From: Squalus acanthias
Taxonomy: Eukaryota
Assembly (NCBI GenBank): GCA_030390025.1
Contig: CM059431.1
Location: forward strand, 117,306,001 to 117,370,000
Length of the DNA: 64,000 nt
Direction: 5' to 3'
The translations under genes and the position numbers were made by a program. Below, one piece after another: positions 1 to 11,178 of this stretch (positions are counted from its first letter, which is position 1; each line of letters begins with the position of its first letter). The notes beneath the pieces are model-generated. The model saw only the letters and a program-made list of their open reading frames with translations. It was not told the origin of the DNA and did no database searches.

Positions 1-126
1 TTCGTGCCAGTTTTATTGCCACATGCTGCAAGAGACCATATAGCCTTTCTCCACCACAGGTACCACGCTGCCAGTGGCTGTTGAGGTCACCATTGCCTTT
101 ATTTGCTATGCTACAGATCATCCCCA
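1..126 (+). pseudogene. Degraded PIF/Harbinger transposase fragment
   Basis: Reads ...CHMLQ...TTLPVAVEVTIAFICYAT, matching CHLLQ...TSLSVAVKVTVALNLYAT of the transposase at 55404-56563. Confidence 0.6.
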
Positions 127-127
127 G

Positions 128-2960
128 AAGTAATAGTCATGGATTTTAACTACCCAAATATATTTTATATTCATTCATGGGATGTGGACGGCGTCGGCAA
201 GGCCAGCATTTATTGCCCATCTCTAATTGCCCTCGGGAAGGTGGTGGTGAGCCGCCTTCTTGAATACAAATGGCTTGCTGGGCCATTTCACATGGGCAGT
301 TAAGAGTCAACAACATTGCTGTGGGTCTGGAGTCACATATAGGCCAGACCAGGTAAGGACAGCAGATATCCTTCCCTAAAGGACATCAGTGAACCAGATG
401 GGTTTTTACGACAATCCGATAGTTTCATGGTCACCATTACTGATACTATCTTTTTATTCCAGATTTATTCAATTAACTGAATTTAAATTCCCCAGCTGCC
501 ATGGTGGGATTTCAACTCATGCCTCCAGATCGTTAGTCCAGGCCTCTGGATTACTAGTCCAGTAACATAACCACTATGCCCCAAATATTAACTGGGGTAA
601 AAATCAGTGTAAAAGGTATAAAGGGTACTGAATTTTAAATGCATTCAGGAGAATGTTTCTTAGCCAGTACGTAGCAAGCCCATCAAGAGCGGGGACAGTT
701 CTAGACTTAGTTTTAGTGAATGAAACTGGGCAGGTGGAAGGCATATCAGTGGGAGAGCATTTTGGTGGTAGTGATCATAATTCAGTTAGATTTAGCGTAG
801 TTATGGAAAAGGACAAAGATTGACCAGGAGTAAAAGTTCTCAATTGGGGAAAGGCCAATTTTACTAAACTGAGATGTGATTTAGCAAAAGTGGACTGGCA
901 GTGGGAGGCATTCAAGGAGGAGATAGTGAGGAGTCAGTGCAAATATGTTCCCACAAAGAAAAAGGGTGGGACTTCCAAATCTAGAGCCCCCTTAGATGTC
1001 AAGAAGCATACAGGGTAGGATAAGGCAAAAAAGGGACGCTCAATACTTCAGAAAGCCTAGAGGAGTATAGAAAGTGCAGGGGTGAAATTAAAAAGGAAAT
1101 TAGGAAAGCAAAGAGAGGGTATGAAAAAATATTGGCAAGTAAAATCAAGGAAAACCCAAAGATGTTTTATAAATACATAAAGAGCAAGAGGATAACTACG
1201 GAAAGAGTAGGGCCTATTAGAGACCACCTGTATGTGGAGGTGGAAGGCGTGGGCATGGCTCTTAATGAATACTTTGCATCTGTCTTCACAAAAGAGGGGG
1301 ACGATGCAGACATTGTAGTTAAGATGGAGGAGTGAGAAATATTGGATGGATAAACATAGTGAGAGAGGAAATATTAAGGGGTTTAGCACCTTTTGAATGT
1401 AGATAAATCACCAGGCCCGGATGAAACGTATCCCAGGCTGTTAAGAGAAGCAAGGGAGTAAATAGCGGAGGCTCTGACCATCAATTTTCAATCCTCTCTG
1501 GCTACAGGCGTGGTGCCGGAGGACTGCTAATGTTGTACCGTTGTTTAAAAAGGGAGTAACAGATAGACCGAGTAATTACAGGTCAGTCAGCCTAACCTCA
1601 GTGGTGGGCAAATTATTGGAAAAAAATTCTACGAGACAGTATTAATCGTCATTTCGAAAGGCACAGATTGATCAAGGACAGTCAGCATGGATTTGTTAAT
1701 GGAAAGTCGGGTCTGACTAACTTGATTGGGTTTTTTAAGGAGGTAACAAGGAGGGTCGATGAGGGTAGCACATTTGATGTAGTCTACGTGGATTTTAGCA
1801 AGGCTTTTGACAAGGTCCCACATGGCAGACTGGTCAGAAAAGTAAAAGCCTATGGGATCCAAGGAAAAGTGACGTTGGATCCAAAATTGGCTCAGTGGAA
1901 GTAAGCAAAGGGTAATGGTTGACTGGTGTTTTTGTGACTGAAAGACTGTTTCCACTGGGGTTCCGCAGGCTCAGCACTAGGTCCCTTGCTTTTTGTGGTA
2001 TATATCAATAACTTAGACTTCAATGTAGGGGGCATGATTAAGAAGTTTGCAACTGATAAAAAAAAATTAGCCATGTGGTTGATAGTGAGGCTGAAAGTTG
2101 TAGACTGCAGGAAGATATCAATGGACTGGTCAGGTGGGAAGAAAAGTGGCAAATGGAATTCAATCTGTTGAAGTGTGAGGTAATGCATTTGGGGAGGGCT
2201 AACAAAGCAAGGGAATACACAATAAATGGTAGGATACTGAGAGGCATAGAGGAACAGAGGGACCTTGGATTGCATCTCCACAGATCCTTGAAGGTAGTAG
2301 GATAGGTAGATGAGGCGGTTAAGAAAGCATCTGGAATAATTTCCTTTATTAGCCTAGGAATAGAATATAAGAGCAGGGAGGTTATGCTTGCACTGTATAA
2401 AACACTAGTTAGGCCACAGCTAGAGTACTGTGTACAGTTCTGATCACCACATTACAGGAAGGATGAGATCGCACTAGAGAGGATACAGAGGAGATTTATG
2501 AGATGTTGCCGGGACTGGAAAATGTTATCTAGGAGGAAAGATTGGGTAGGCTGGGATTGTTTTCTCTGGAACAGAGGAGGCTGAGGGGAGACTTAATTGT
2601 GATGCATAAAATTATGAGGGGCCTGGATAGAGTGGATAGGAAGGACCTATTTCCCTTAGCAGAGAAGTCAATAACCAGGGGCCTAGATTTAAAGTAATTG
2701 GTAGAAGGATTACAGGGGTATTGAGGAGAAATTTCTTTCACCCAGAGGGTGGTGGGGGTCTGGAACTCACTGCCTGAAAGGGTGGTAGAGGCAGAAACCC
2801 TCACCACATTTAAAAAGTATTTGGATATGCATTTAAATTGTCGTAACCTACAAGGCTACGGACCAAGAGCTGGAAAGTGGGATTAGGCTAGATAGCTCTT
2901 TTTCGACCAGCACAGACACGATGGGCCGAATGGCACTTCTGTGCCATAAATTTCTATGAC
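128..2960 (+). mobile_element. CR1 LINE, 5'-truncated, disrupted ORF2 (end of endonuclease + RT) and 3' UTR; interrupted by SINE 162-579
   Basis: ORF fragments KENPKMFYKYIKSKR, SQHGF...DFSKAFDKVPH, LQEDINGLVRWEEKWQMEFN; CR1-type tail gatgggccgaatgg...ttctatg. Confidence 0.92.
162..579 (-). mobile_element. tRNA-derived SINE whose body and tail match the 5' and 3' ends of LINE family B
   Basis: Minus strand starts ggcatagtggtta (A box) ... gagttgaaatccc (B box); TSD cccaaatat at 153-161 and 580-588; tail matches 2961-3050, body matches 44250-44441. Confidence 0.85.
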
Positions 2961-3402
2961 TTTTATTCATTCCTGGAATGTGGGCATTGCTGGCAAAGCC
3001 AACATTAATTGCCCTTGAGAAGGTAGCGGTGAGCCACCTTCTTGAACCGCTGCAATCGTGTGGTGAAAGTATTCCCATTGGGAGGGAGTTCCAGGATGTT
3101 GACCCAGCGACGATGAAGGATCGGTGATATATTTCCAAGTCAGGATGGTGTGTGACTTGGAGGGGAACTTGGATGTGATGGTGTTCCCATGCGCCTGCTG
3201 CCCTTGTCCTTCTAGGTGGTAGAGGTCGCGGGTTTGGGAGGCGCTGCCGAAGAAGCCTTGGTGAGTTGCTGCAGTGCATCTTTTAGATGGTACACACTGC
3301 AGCCACATTGTGCCGGTGGTGGAGGGAGTGAATGTTTAAGATGGTGGATGGGGTGCCAATCAAGCGGGCTGCTTTGTCCTGGATGGTGTCGAGCTTCTTG
3401 AA
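2961..3402 (-). mobile_element. 3' fragment of LINE family B (CR1 group, Zenon-like by motif recall)
   Basis: HCSNSPRLLRQRLPNPRPLPPRRTRAA C-terminus; tail ends cacattccaggaatgaataaa; homologous to 27460-27839 and 29204-29290. Confidence 0.8.
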
Positions 3403-3584
3403 ATGAGTACAGCTCCAGCAACACACATCATAGAATGATGCACCCATCATTTTATGATTCTATGACCACTGGGGTATTTGTAAGTTTAGCAAGACAATTG
3501 TGCGCAGATGCATTAACTAGTCATTGTTGCATTGTTTTTCTAGGGTTAACAATTCTGTCTCTGCAATTTAGTTTTAGTGGCTAT

Positions 3585-3795
3585 GGTTATGGTCTGGAAT
3601 GCCCTGCCTGAAAAGGTGGTGGAAGCAGATTCAACAATAACTTTCAAAAGGGAATTGGATATGTACTTGAAATGGAGAAATTTGCAGGGCTATGGGGAAA
3701 GAGCAGTGGAGTGGGACTAATTGGTAGCTCTTTCAAAGAGCCTGCACAGACATGATGGGGTGAATGGCCTCCTTTTGTGCTATATGATTCCATGA
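3585..3795 (+). mobile_element. CR1 3'-end fragment
   Basis: tggaatgccctgcctgaaaaggtggtggaagcag...gaatggcctcctt matches other CR1 tails in the window. Confidence 0.8.
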
Positions 3796-3840
3796 ACTCC
3801 TGCAGCTGGAGAAGGCAGAAAGCATGATTTCCACCTGAAG

Positions 3841-4392
3841 GGGCCAGAATTTTGGGGCGTAACCTGGTATTGCTGGGATTCCACCCTGATTATACTCGCC
3901 CTTTAAATTCCGGGAGAGGAAACCATGAGTGGATCTATTACCTATGTCCACTTCCACTTCAAGGGACATGTTTGGGCCAAGTTCCCAGAATTCTAAGGGA
4001 AAATCTGTCCTTTGCACCCTGAAAAGGCGTCGGTGGAACGGGCTAATGTGAATCCCTTTGAGGCCTTTTGAAAGGCCTCAAACCTTTTTACTAGACTAAA
4101 AAGAGGATCAATTACTTTTTTCTGGGGGTTAAATGGCTCCTTTTTAAATCCAAAGACTCTCAAATGTCCTTTTCTTCAGCAGCCCCTTTGGGGACTTCAG
4201 GTGGATTAAGGTGGGCACTGCTGGTGTCCCCAAACAGGTGCCAGTCACCTGCCCCGGCCATCAAAATTATTCTATCCGCGGGATTTGGGACAGGGTCTGG
4301 GACTGGATGGAGGTTCTGCATGTTCGGAATGTAAACCAGAATAGTTTTCGTCAGAAAGGGTGAGAAGATCAAATGGCAGAAAAAGTCTGCCT
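3841..4392. mobile_element. Degraded Harbinger-type MITE (boundaries approximate)
   Basis: Starts gggccagaatttt, similar to the MITE TIR; right end degenerate. Confidence 0.35.
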
Positions 4393-5485
4393 ACAAAACA
4401 ACAAATCAACACATGGCTGCTTTAATAAGCAAGAGTTGCATAAATAAACAAACATTTGGGAACCGCTACTTACATTTACCTCAGATAAAATCTAGAAGTC
4501 AATGGTTTATAATGTCTTTATTTTTATATATAGTTAAAATCAGTTACTTCACAGGCTTCTGAGCTTTTTGATCACTGGACATGAGAGGGAGTGAGCATGG
4601 CTTACAAGCAGCAGATTCTGACATGCTGTGTGACTGGCTAGTCTTTTTGGCAATCATATAAAAACATCCTCGAGTATTCTATGCAATTACCCAAGCAGTG
4701 GGGGTGTTCATTAGACTCAAATGAGGGATCCTTAAGTCACACTTTGGAGCTAAAGTTAATTGGGGAGAGGATTATCATAATTGACAGGTACTGCAACCAA
4801 TCAAACCAGATAATCAGCAAAGTCCATCCAATAATTCAATCTCCAGCCAAGTACTTTAAATTCAGCCTGAGACTTCTGACAGATGAGTTAACATCTTGGA
4901 TATGACATTTTCCAAGAATTTACAACACTGTACAAATGTCCGATGAATAAGAACAGGCATTTTATTTAGAATTATTTAATTTTTATGGATTTCTTATGTT
5001 AAAAATGCTACTTTTCCCAGTAAATATTCAGCCATGGGGGGGGGGTGGAATCAAGATTGTACCTCAAACCAAAATCATTATATTCTTGAAGGTCTTGCAT
5101 CTGACGCAGGATTTGATTTTTTTTGGGGGGGAGCAGTTTTGATTGGTTGCTTCCTGCTAATTTAAGTTCAGGATTGGAGCTTTCAAGAAAAACGTTTGAT
5201 TTGATGACGCAGTTTTCCGCTCATTGTTACTCATTGTTATTTCTTGACTAAGTTGAACTGTTTATAATTTATGTTCAGTCAATTGCAGATTTGGTTGGTG
5301 ACATGTAATGCCCTGAGGTGTGACATTTTCATGAGACACCTTTGAAAAGTATTACATGATGAATATGTGCTCGATGCAAGACTTTTAAAATATTTGAATA
5401 TGTATATCCATAAGTGGTATATTTTCAATTTAATCAGTACCTTCTAAAAACATTTTATTTAAAAATGAAATATCCCATTAATAAT

Positions 5486-6249
5486 GGGCCAGAAATTCGT
5501 CTCTTGTCGGGTGAGTACGCGCTGTGTACTCACCCGTAAGGCCACCTGAAGTGTCGGTTTCACGCATGCACTGCGCATGCGCGGGAAACCGGAACTTCCG
5601 TTCCCCTGAAGGAAGGGGTTCAGAAGTCGAGCATGTGTGCGGGAGAGGCTGCGCGCACGCAGCGAACTTCGTTTTTTTTTCAGGTTTCTCCATGAGGGTA
5701 AGTATGGAGAAGCTGCACATTTAAAAAGGAGACACAAGGCCTGTTTTTAACAAGGTAAGTGGTTAATTAATTACAATTTAAACATTTTTTCAACAGGTTT
5801 ATCTTTTTTACATATTTTAAAGAAAGGTAAGTTTATTTTTAGCACCGTTAAAAAGTTTAATTAATTTATTCAAAAATTTAAATTTTTGTTTAAAGTAGTT
5901 AATTTATGTAATTTATAGTTATTTTAAAAATGTGATGGTTTTAAAAAAATGTATTTGAAGTTTTACTGTGGTTTTGGGGCCGATCTCTATTCATAGATTT
6001 GACAGGTCTTCCTGTCAAATCTATGAATGAAAATTCCCTGCTAGGATTGGCTCTCCACGGCCCACGTGATCCCAGGGGACGCTTCGAACTAACTGCGCCC
6101 CTGGGATACACAAGCACTGCGCGCCGGCAGCTGCAGGAGGCCCAGGACCCGAATTCCTCGTGGGCCCGAAGCACAACGGCAGGCGCGGTAGGTAAGTACG
6201 TGCGCAATGCTTGCACCCGCAGGAAGCCGGAGAGCTGAATTTCTGGCCC
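5486..6249 (+). mobile_element. Harbinger-type MITE, copy 1 (subfamily a)
   Basis: TIR gggccagaaattc / gaatttctggccc; flanks aat/att; close inverted match to 46909-47672. Confidence 0.88.
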
Positions 6250-6379
6250 ATTTGGTGCCGTTCCACGTGGTAATACAATATTTACCTGAATCTGTCAGGT
6301 TCAGACACCTTGGTCGTGATATTTGCTGGGGCTAAATTCCCAAGTGTGGGAGAGGAGTTCTGGTTTCCTCGATCACCAT

Positions 6380-7023
6380 GGATTTTTTAATTAACTGGCT
6401 TGGCTCCCTGTTGGGCGGGGAATGCTGCAGGAGATGCTGCAGCCCAGGAGCAGGTAAGTTCATGCTGCTCAGAGTAGAGATCGAGGGTGTGGATACAGCA
6501 CGGCTTGGAGAGTCGGGGAGAGACCGGGGGCAGAGATGATGGCGGTCGGAGAGAGATGGGGCGATCGGAGAGATATCGGAGTGATGGGGGGGTCAGGGGA
6601 GAGTTGGTAATCATGGGGGGCGGTGACGGTGGTCGCGGGGAGAATCGGTGGTCGTGGGGGAGGTGGGTAACGGTGATCGCGGGGAGAATCGGTGATTGCA
6701 GGGGGGAGGAAAAGCACTTACCTCTTCCACACAACAGTCTTCACCTCCTTTAGATACCGGGTTTCCTGAAGCTGGGAAATCCAGCTGGCCAGCGTTAAAG
6801 CTGGAAGAGAGATAACATCTGAGGGATGCAGCCTCATTAAAATATTTAAATGAGAGACCCACCTCCTGGGAGCTGCTTGGTCACCCGCCCCCCACCCCCG
6901 TCCCGCCTCCGTTAAAATTAGAAGTGAGCGGGTTTGGTTTGGGTTTGACACCTTTTAATATTTACACCTTTCACTTCCCACCCGACCCAAACCTACCAGT
7001 TTTTGGGGGTTAAAATCCTCCCC
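6380..7023. mobile_element. Probable non-autonomous DNA element with G-rich internal repeats
   Basis: Ends ggatttttt...ttaaaatcct; internal gcggggagaatcggtg repeats; shares the ctcatt...taaatgag motif with other elements. Confidence 0.4.
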
Positions 7024-9667
7024 ACCCCCAACCCGGCAATGTTCCATTCACACCATAAAATATTGCTGTATACATTTTAAGCCATAATTTGAAGTCCTTT
7101 AAGATGCCATAAAATGGATTTAAAGTGAATATTTGGTATGTGTCTCAAAACAGAAAGGTAAAAAGTTACACTTTGTAAATTGAGCTTAAAGAAAAGGAAA
7201 TCAAATACATTCAAAAATATATCAAATTCTGTAACAAATAGAAAAGAAAAATACAAGGCATGACAAGGAAAAATAATCTATTTTACTGAGCCTTTTAAAA
7301 CATTATACAGAAAATTATCTTTTGAGCAAAAGCAGGAATAAGCAAGAGTATGTCTGTGAAAATTATACCAATTACATATGGTTTACTGAGCCCGATCATA
7401 CTGGTCACAGTTAATGCTATGTGCATTGTCAATTAAGAAGCAATAATGAGCCGCAGAAAAGGAGATTTTGCAGAATGTTGTGTTGTGTTTTGGTGGGTTT
7501 TGCTGGTCTATTAATGAAGTTGTCAAGTAAATAAAAGGTTAAGATAATTGTACTTTATCCATTGTTTTCCCACCTGCTGTTAAAATTTACAGAAACATTC
7601 CAACAAGTAAGAGAGATCACACACTCCCAATGTTGTGATAGTTCAGAGATTTTTTTTTTAAATTGGTGGATCTGCAAGTTATTGCTAATTGGCCCCATAC
7701 TTCACAGCTTCATTAGAATGTGCCAGATGTAATTAGGCAGAACTGTGAATATTCATAGGAGAACTTGTGTAAAGTCAGCGTCTTACTATAATGTGTATAT
7801 GATGCCTGAAAATTTTCCGTCTATGACGAGAGATTGCAAAACTCCTTAGAACAGCATTAATGAGAAGAAATTATAAAAAATCAGTAACCGAGAACTCTTC
7901 TACCACATTAAAAGGGAGATACCTTTGGGCTAAATTTTATTACTCCTGCACCGCACTTAAATGGAATTATCACCTCCATATCATTACAATGTTAGCTGAA
8001 TAGAACCTCTCTAATATCAGAGAGAGCTTTCTTGTTATTAAAAATGATTGTTGGATTTCCCTGCATCGGGGTAGTATTACCAATTGATGTAAAATTAGAA
8101 TGTGGACTTTAGATGGTAATATTTATTTATATTTTGCCCTGTGTCTTAATGCCCAGCAGCAGTGGCCACAGTTGAAGTCGATAAGAGCCAGTACTAGGAG
8201 AGCTGGAGCCTACTTGCAAAGCAACCCATCGCAACACATAGCAAGTATTCTGATATTTTTCAACTGTGGTTGAACAACTAGGGGGTAAGAGAGACTTTGG
8301 ACGATGGTGTAAAATGGGCCACATCGGATCAGCCGCTGTTATACTTTTCTCCCCATTTTTATTTCCACTGAAGTCCATGGCAATGAAAATAGGGAGGAAC
8401 ATATAAATAATATTCTTTGTTCCAGTCCTACTCGGGTCCCCTCCCTCATCTCTTTATCCGATACATTGATGACTGTATTGATACCATTTCCTGCTCTCGT
8501 CCTGAACTAGAAAATTTCATTCACTTTGCTTCCAATTTCCACCCTTCCCTCACCTTCACATGGTCCATTTCTGACTCTTCCCTTCCCTTCCTCGACTTCT
8601 CTCACCATTTCTGGGGATAGGCTATCGACAAACATCCACTATAAGCCCACTGATTCCCACAGCTACCTGGACTACACTTCCTCCCACCCCACTTCCTGTA
8701 AGGACTCTATTCCATTCTCCCAGTTTCTCCATCTCCGTCGCATTTGTTCTGACGACGCCACCTTACATACTAGTGCTTCCGACATGTCTTCCTTTTTCTT
8801 CAACCGAGGATTCCCCTCTACTGTAGTTGACATGGCCCTCGACCGTGTTCATTCCATTTCCTGCACTTCTGCTCTCACCCCTTCCCCTCCCTCCCAGAAC
8901 CATGATAGGGTTCCCTTGTCCTCACCTTTCACCCCACCAGCCTTCACGTTCAACAGATCATCCTCCGCCATTTCCGCCACCTTCAGTGTGATCCCACCAC
9001 CAAACACATCTTCCCCTCCCCTCCCCTTGCAGCATTCTGAAGGGACTGTTCCCTCCGAGACAACTTGATCCACTCCTCAATCACCCCTTCCCCTTCGTCC
9101 AGCACCTTCCCATGCAAGCGCAGGAGATGCAACACCAGCCCTTTTACCTACTCCCTTCCCACTGTCCAGGGCCCCAAACAATCCTTCCAGTTGAAACAGT
9201 GACTTACTTGTACTACTTGCAATTTAGTATACTGTATTCGCTGCTCACAATGCGGCCTCCTCTACACTGGGGAGACTAAATGCAGATTGGGTGACCACTT
9301 TGCGGAACACCTCCATTCAGTCCATAAGCGTAACCCCGAGCTTCCGGTTGCCTGTCACTTTAATTCTCCGCTCCACTTCCACTCTGACCTCTCTGTCTTC
9401 GGTCTCTTACACTGTTCCAATGAAGCGCAATGTAAGCTCGAGGAACAGCACCTCATCTTTCCATTAGGCACTTTACAGCCTTCTGGACTCAACCTCAAGT
9501 TCAAGAATTTCAAACCATAACCTCTGCCCCTATCTTTTCACATGGCAGCTGTTGATGTTTCTGCCGTTCCCATTTACACCTTATCTCAACTCATCTTTTG
9601 TTTCTTTACTTGTCCCATTACCATCTCCTTTTGCTTTGTACTGTCATACCTTTTGTCATTTAATCTC

Positions 9668-9778
9668 TCCTGCCTTCCGCCCTATCACAGACCTTCCTGC
9701 CTTCTGCCCTATCACAGACCTTCCTGCCTTCACCCTATCACAGACCTTCCTGCCTTCCGCCCTATCTCAGACCTTCCC
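9668..9778 (+). repeat. ~26-27 bp tandem repeat x4 inside the Penelope 3' region
   Basis: cctgccttc(c/t)gccctatcacagacctt repeated four times. Confidence 0.9.
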
Positions 9779-9853
9779 TTTTGTTCTTTTCTCCCCTCCC
9801 CCTTTCCCTGCCTCTGCACCTGCTTAAAACCTGTCACATCTCTAACCTGTTTC

Positions 9854-9894
9854 CAGTTCTGACGAAAGTTCATCGACCTGAAACGTTAACTCTG
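9854..9894 (+). ncRNA. Minimal type I hammerhead ribozyme motif (Penelope pLTR)
   Basis: agtt-CTGACGA-a-agttc atc gacct-GAAAC GTT-aact; stem I agtt/aact, palindromic AACGTT stem III, one stem II mismatch. Confidence 0.65.
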
Positions 9895-10022
9895 TTTCTC
9901 TCTCCACGGATACTGCCTGACCTGAGTTTTTCCAGCATTTTCTGTATCTATTTCAGATTTCCAGCATCTGCAGTATTTTGCTTTTGTATTATATATAATA
10001 TATAACGGGCAGCTGATTCAAT

Positions 10023-10772
10023 GGCCCAAAAATTCGGCTGAATACGGGAGAGTACGAACTGTGTACTCTCGCGTATTCGGTCCCGAAGTGCCGGTTTCCT
10101 GCATGCACGGGAAACCGGCAATTCCGGTATGGCGAAGGGGGCGGTTCCTAAGTGAACCGCGTGCGCACTACAGGCTGTGCGCACGCAGCACACTTAGTTT
10201 TTTTTTCAGGTTACAATTCAAAGGTAAGTATGGAAGATTTTACACATGAAGAAAGGAGGCGTAAGACCCCCTTTTAACAAGGTAAGTAGTTAATTAAGTA
10301 TTTTAAATTTTTTTCAACAGGTTTATCATTTTTAGAGACTTTAAAGAAAGGTAAGTTTATTTTTATAACTTTTAAAAAGAATTTAAATTTTTTCAAAAAT
10401 TTAAATTTTTGTTTAAAGTGGTTAATTTATTTAACTATAGTTATTTTATTAATGTGATGGTTTTTTTTTAAATTTATTTGAGGTTTAGCTGTTCTTTTGG
10501 GGGCAATTTGTATTCATAGTTTTGACAGTTCTCCTGTCAAATCTATGAATGAAAGATGGTGTGCTGCCATTGGCTCTCCATGGCCCACGTGATCCCAGAG
10601 GTCGCATCGAACTAACTGCGCCTCTGGGACCCGCACAAACTGCGCGCCGGCACCAGGGAGAGGCCCAGGAACTGAAGTTCGTGTGGGCCCGAAACACAAC
10701 GGCAGGCGCGGTAGGTAAGATCGCGCGCGATCCTTACCCCCGCGGCAAGCCTCCGAGTCAAATTTCTGGGCC
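10023..10772 (+). mobile_element. Harbinger-type MITE, copy 2 (subfamily b)
   Basis: TIR ggcccaaaaatt / aatttctgggcc; TSD aat/aat; inverted match to 33242-34004. Confidence 0.9.
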
Positions 10773-11178
10773 AATGTTGTCCATTTTACACTTTCGTCCA
10801 AACTCAAAATCACCCCTTATAATTCATTAGAGAAGTGTTTGCAGGAAAATCTTTTTTGCCCCACAAAATAATCTGGGCCTCTACCACCCCGGGCATCCAT
10901 CCCCTTCCCCTCCACCCACGGGCTTACTTTGATGCTTGCTTCTGGGCCACCTGATTTCATGCTGACTTGAATCCAACAAGCTGTGTTTGAATGCCTTTTT
11001 TGGGGCAGGCAGTTTACCGGTTCTATTTAAATGAGGCCCAGGTCGCAAAATGGCTCTGGCCTCTTTGTTCCCGGCCTGGGTCGGCGACCGACACTCCATC
11101 AGCCAGCTGCCGGAAGGTTCAAATCTACCCCGGTGTTCCTGGTAAAATTGTCAAACCGTCCCCACAGATTTCTGACTA

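Larger units (their letters stand above)
8415..9990 (+). mobile_element. Penelope-like element: RT C-terminus + GIY-YIG endonuclease (disrupted) and pLTR
   Basis: FIRYIDD, LPFLD, YKPTDSHSYLDYTSSHP..CK..IPFSQF; LVYCIRCSQCGLLYTGETK; HFNSPLH; ends with pLTR-like sequence and HHR motif. Confidence 0.92.

Noticed and set aside
5459..6278. Short ORFs in MITE copies (also 10485-10830, 33205-33505, 46828-47692)
   Set aside because: They arise from GC-rich arms, occur on both strands, have no recognisable domain and do not keep start/stop across copies
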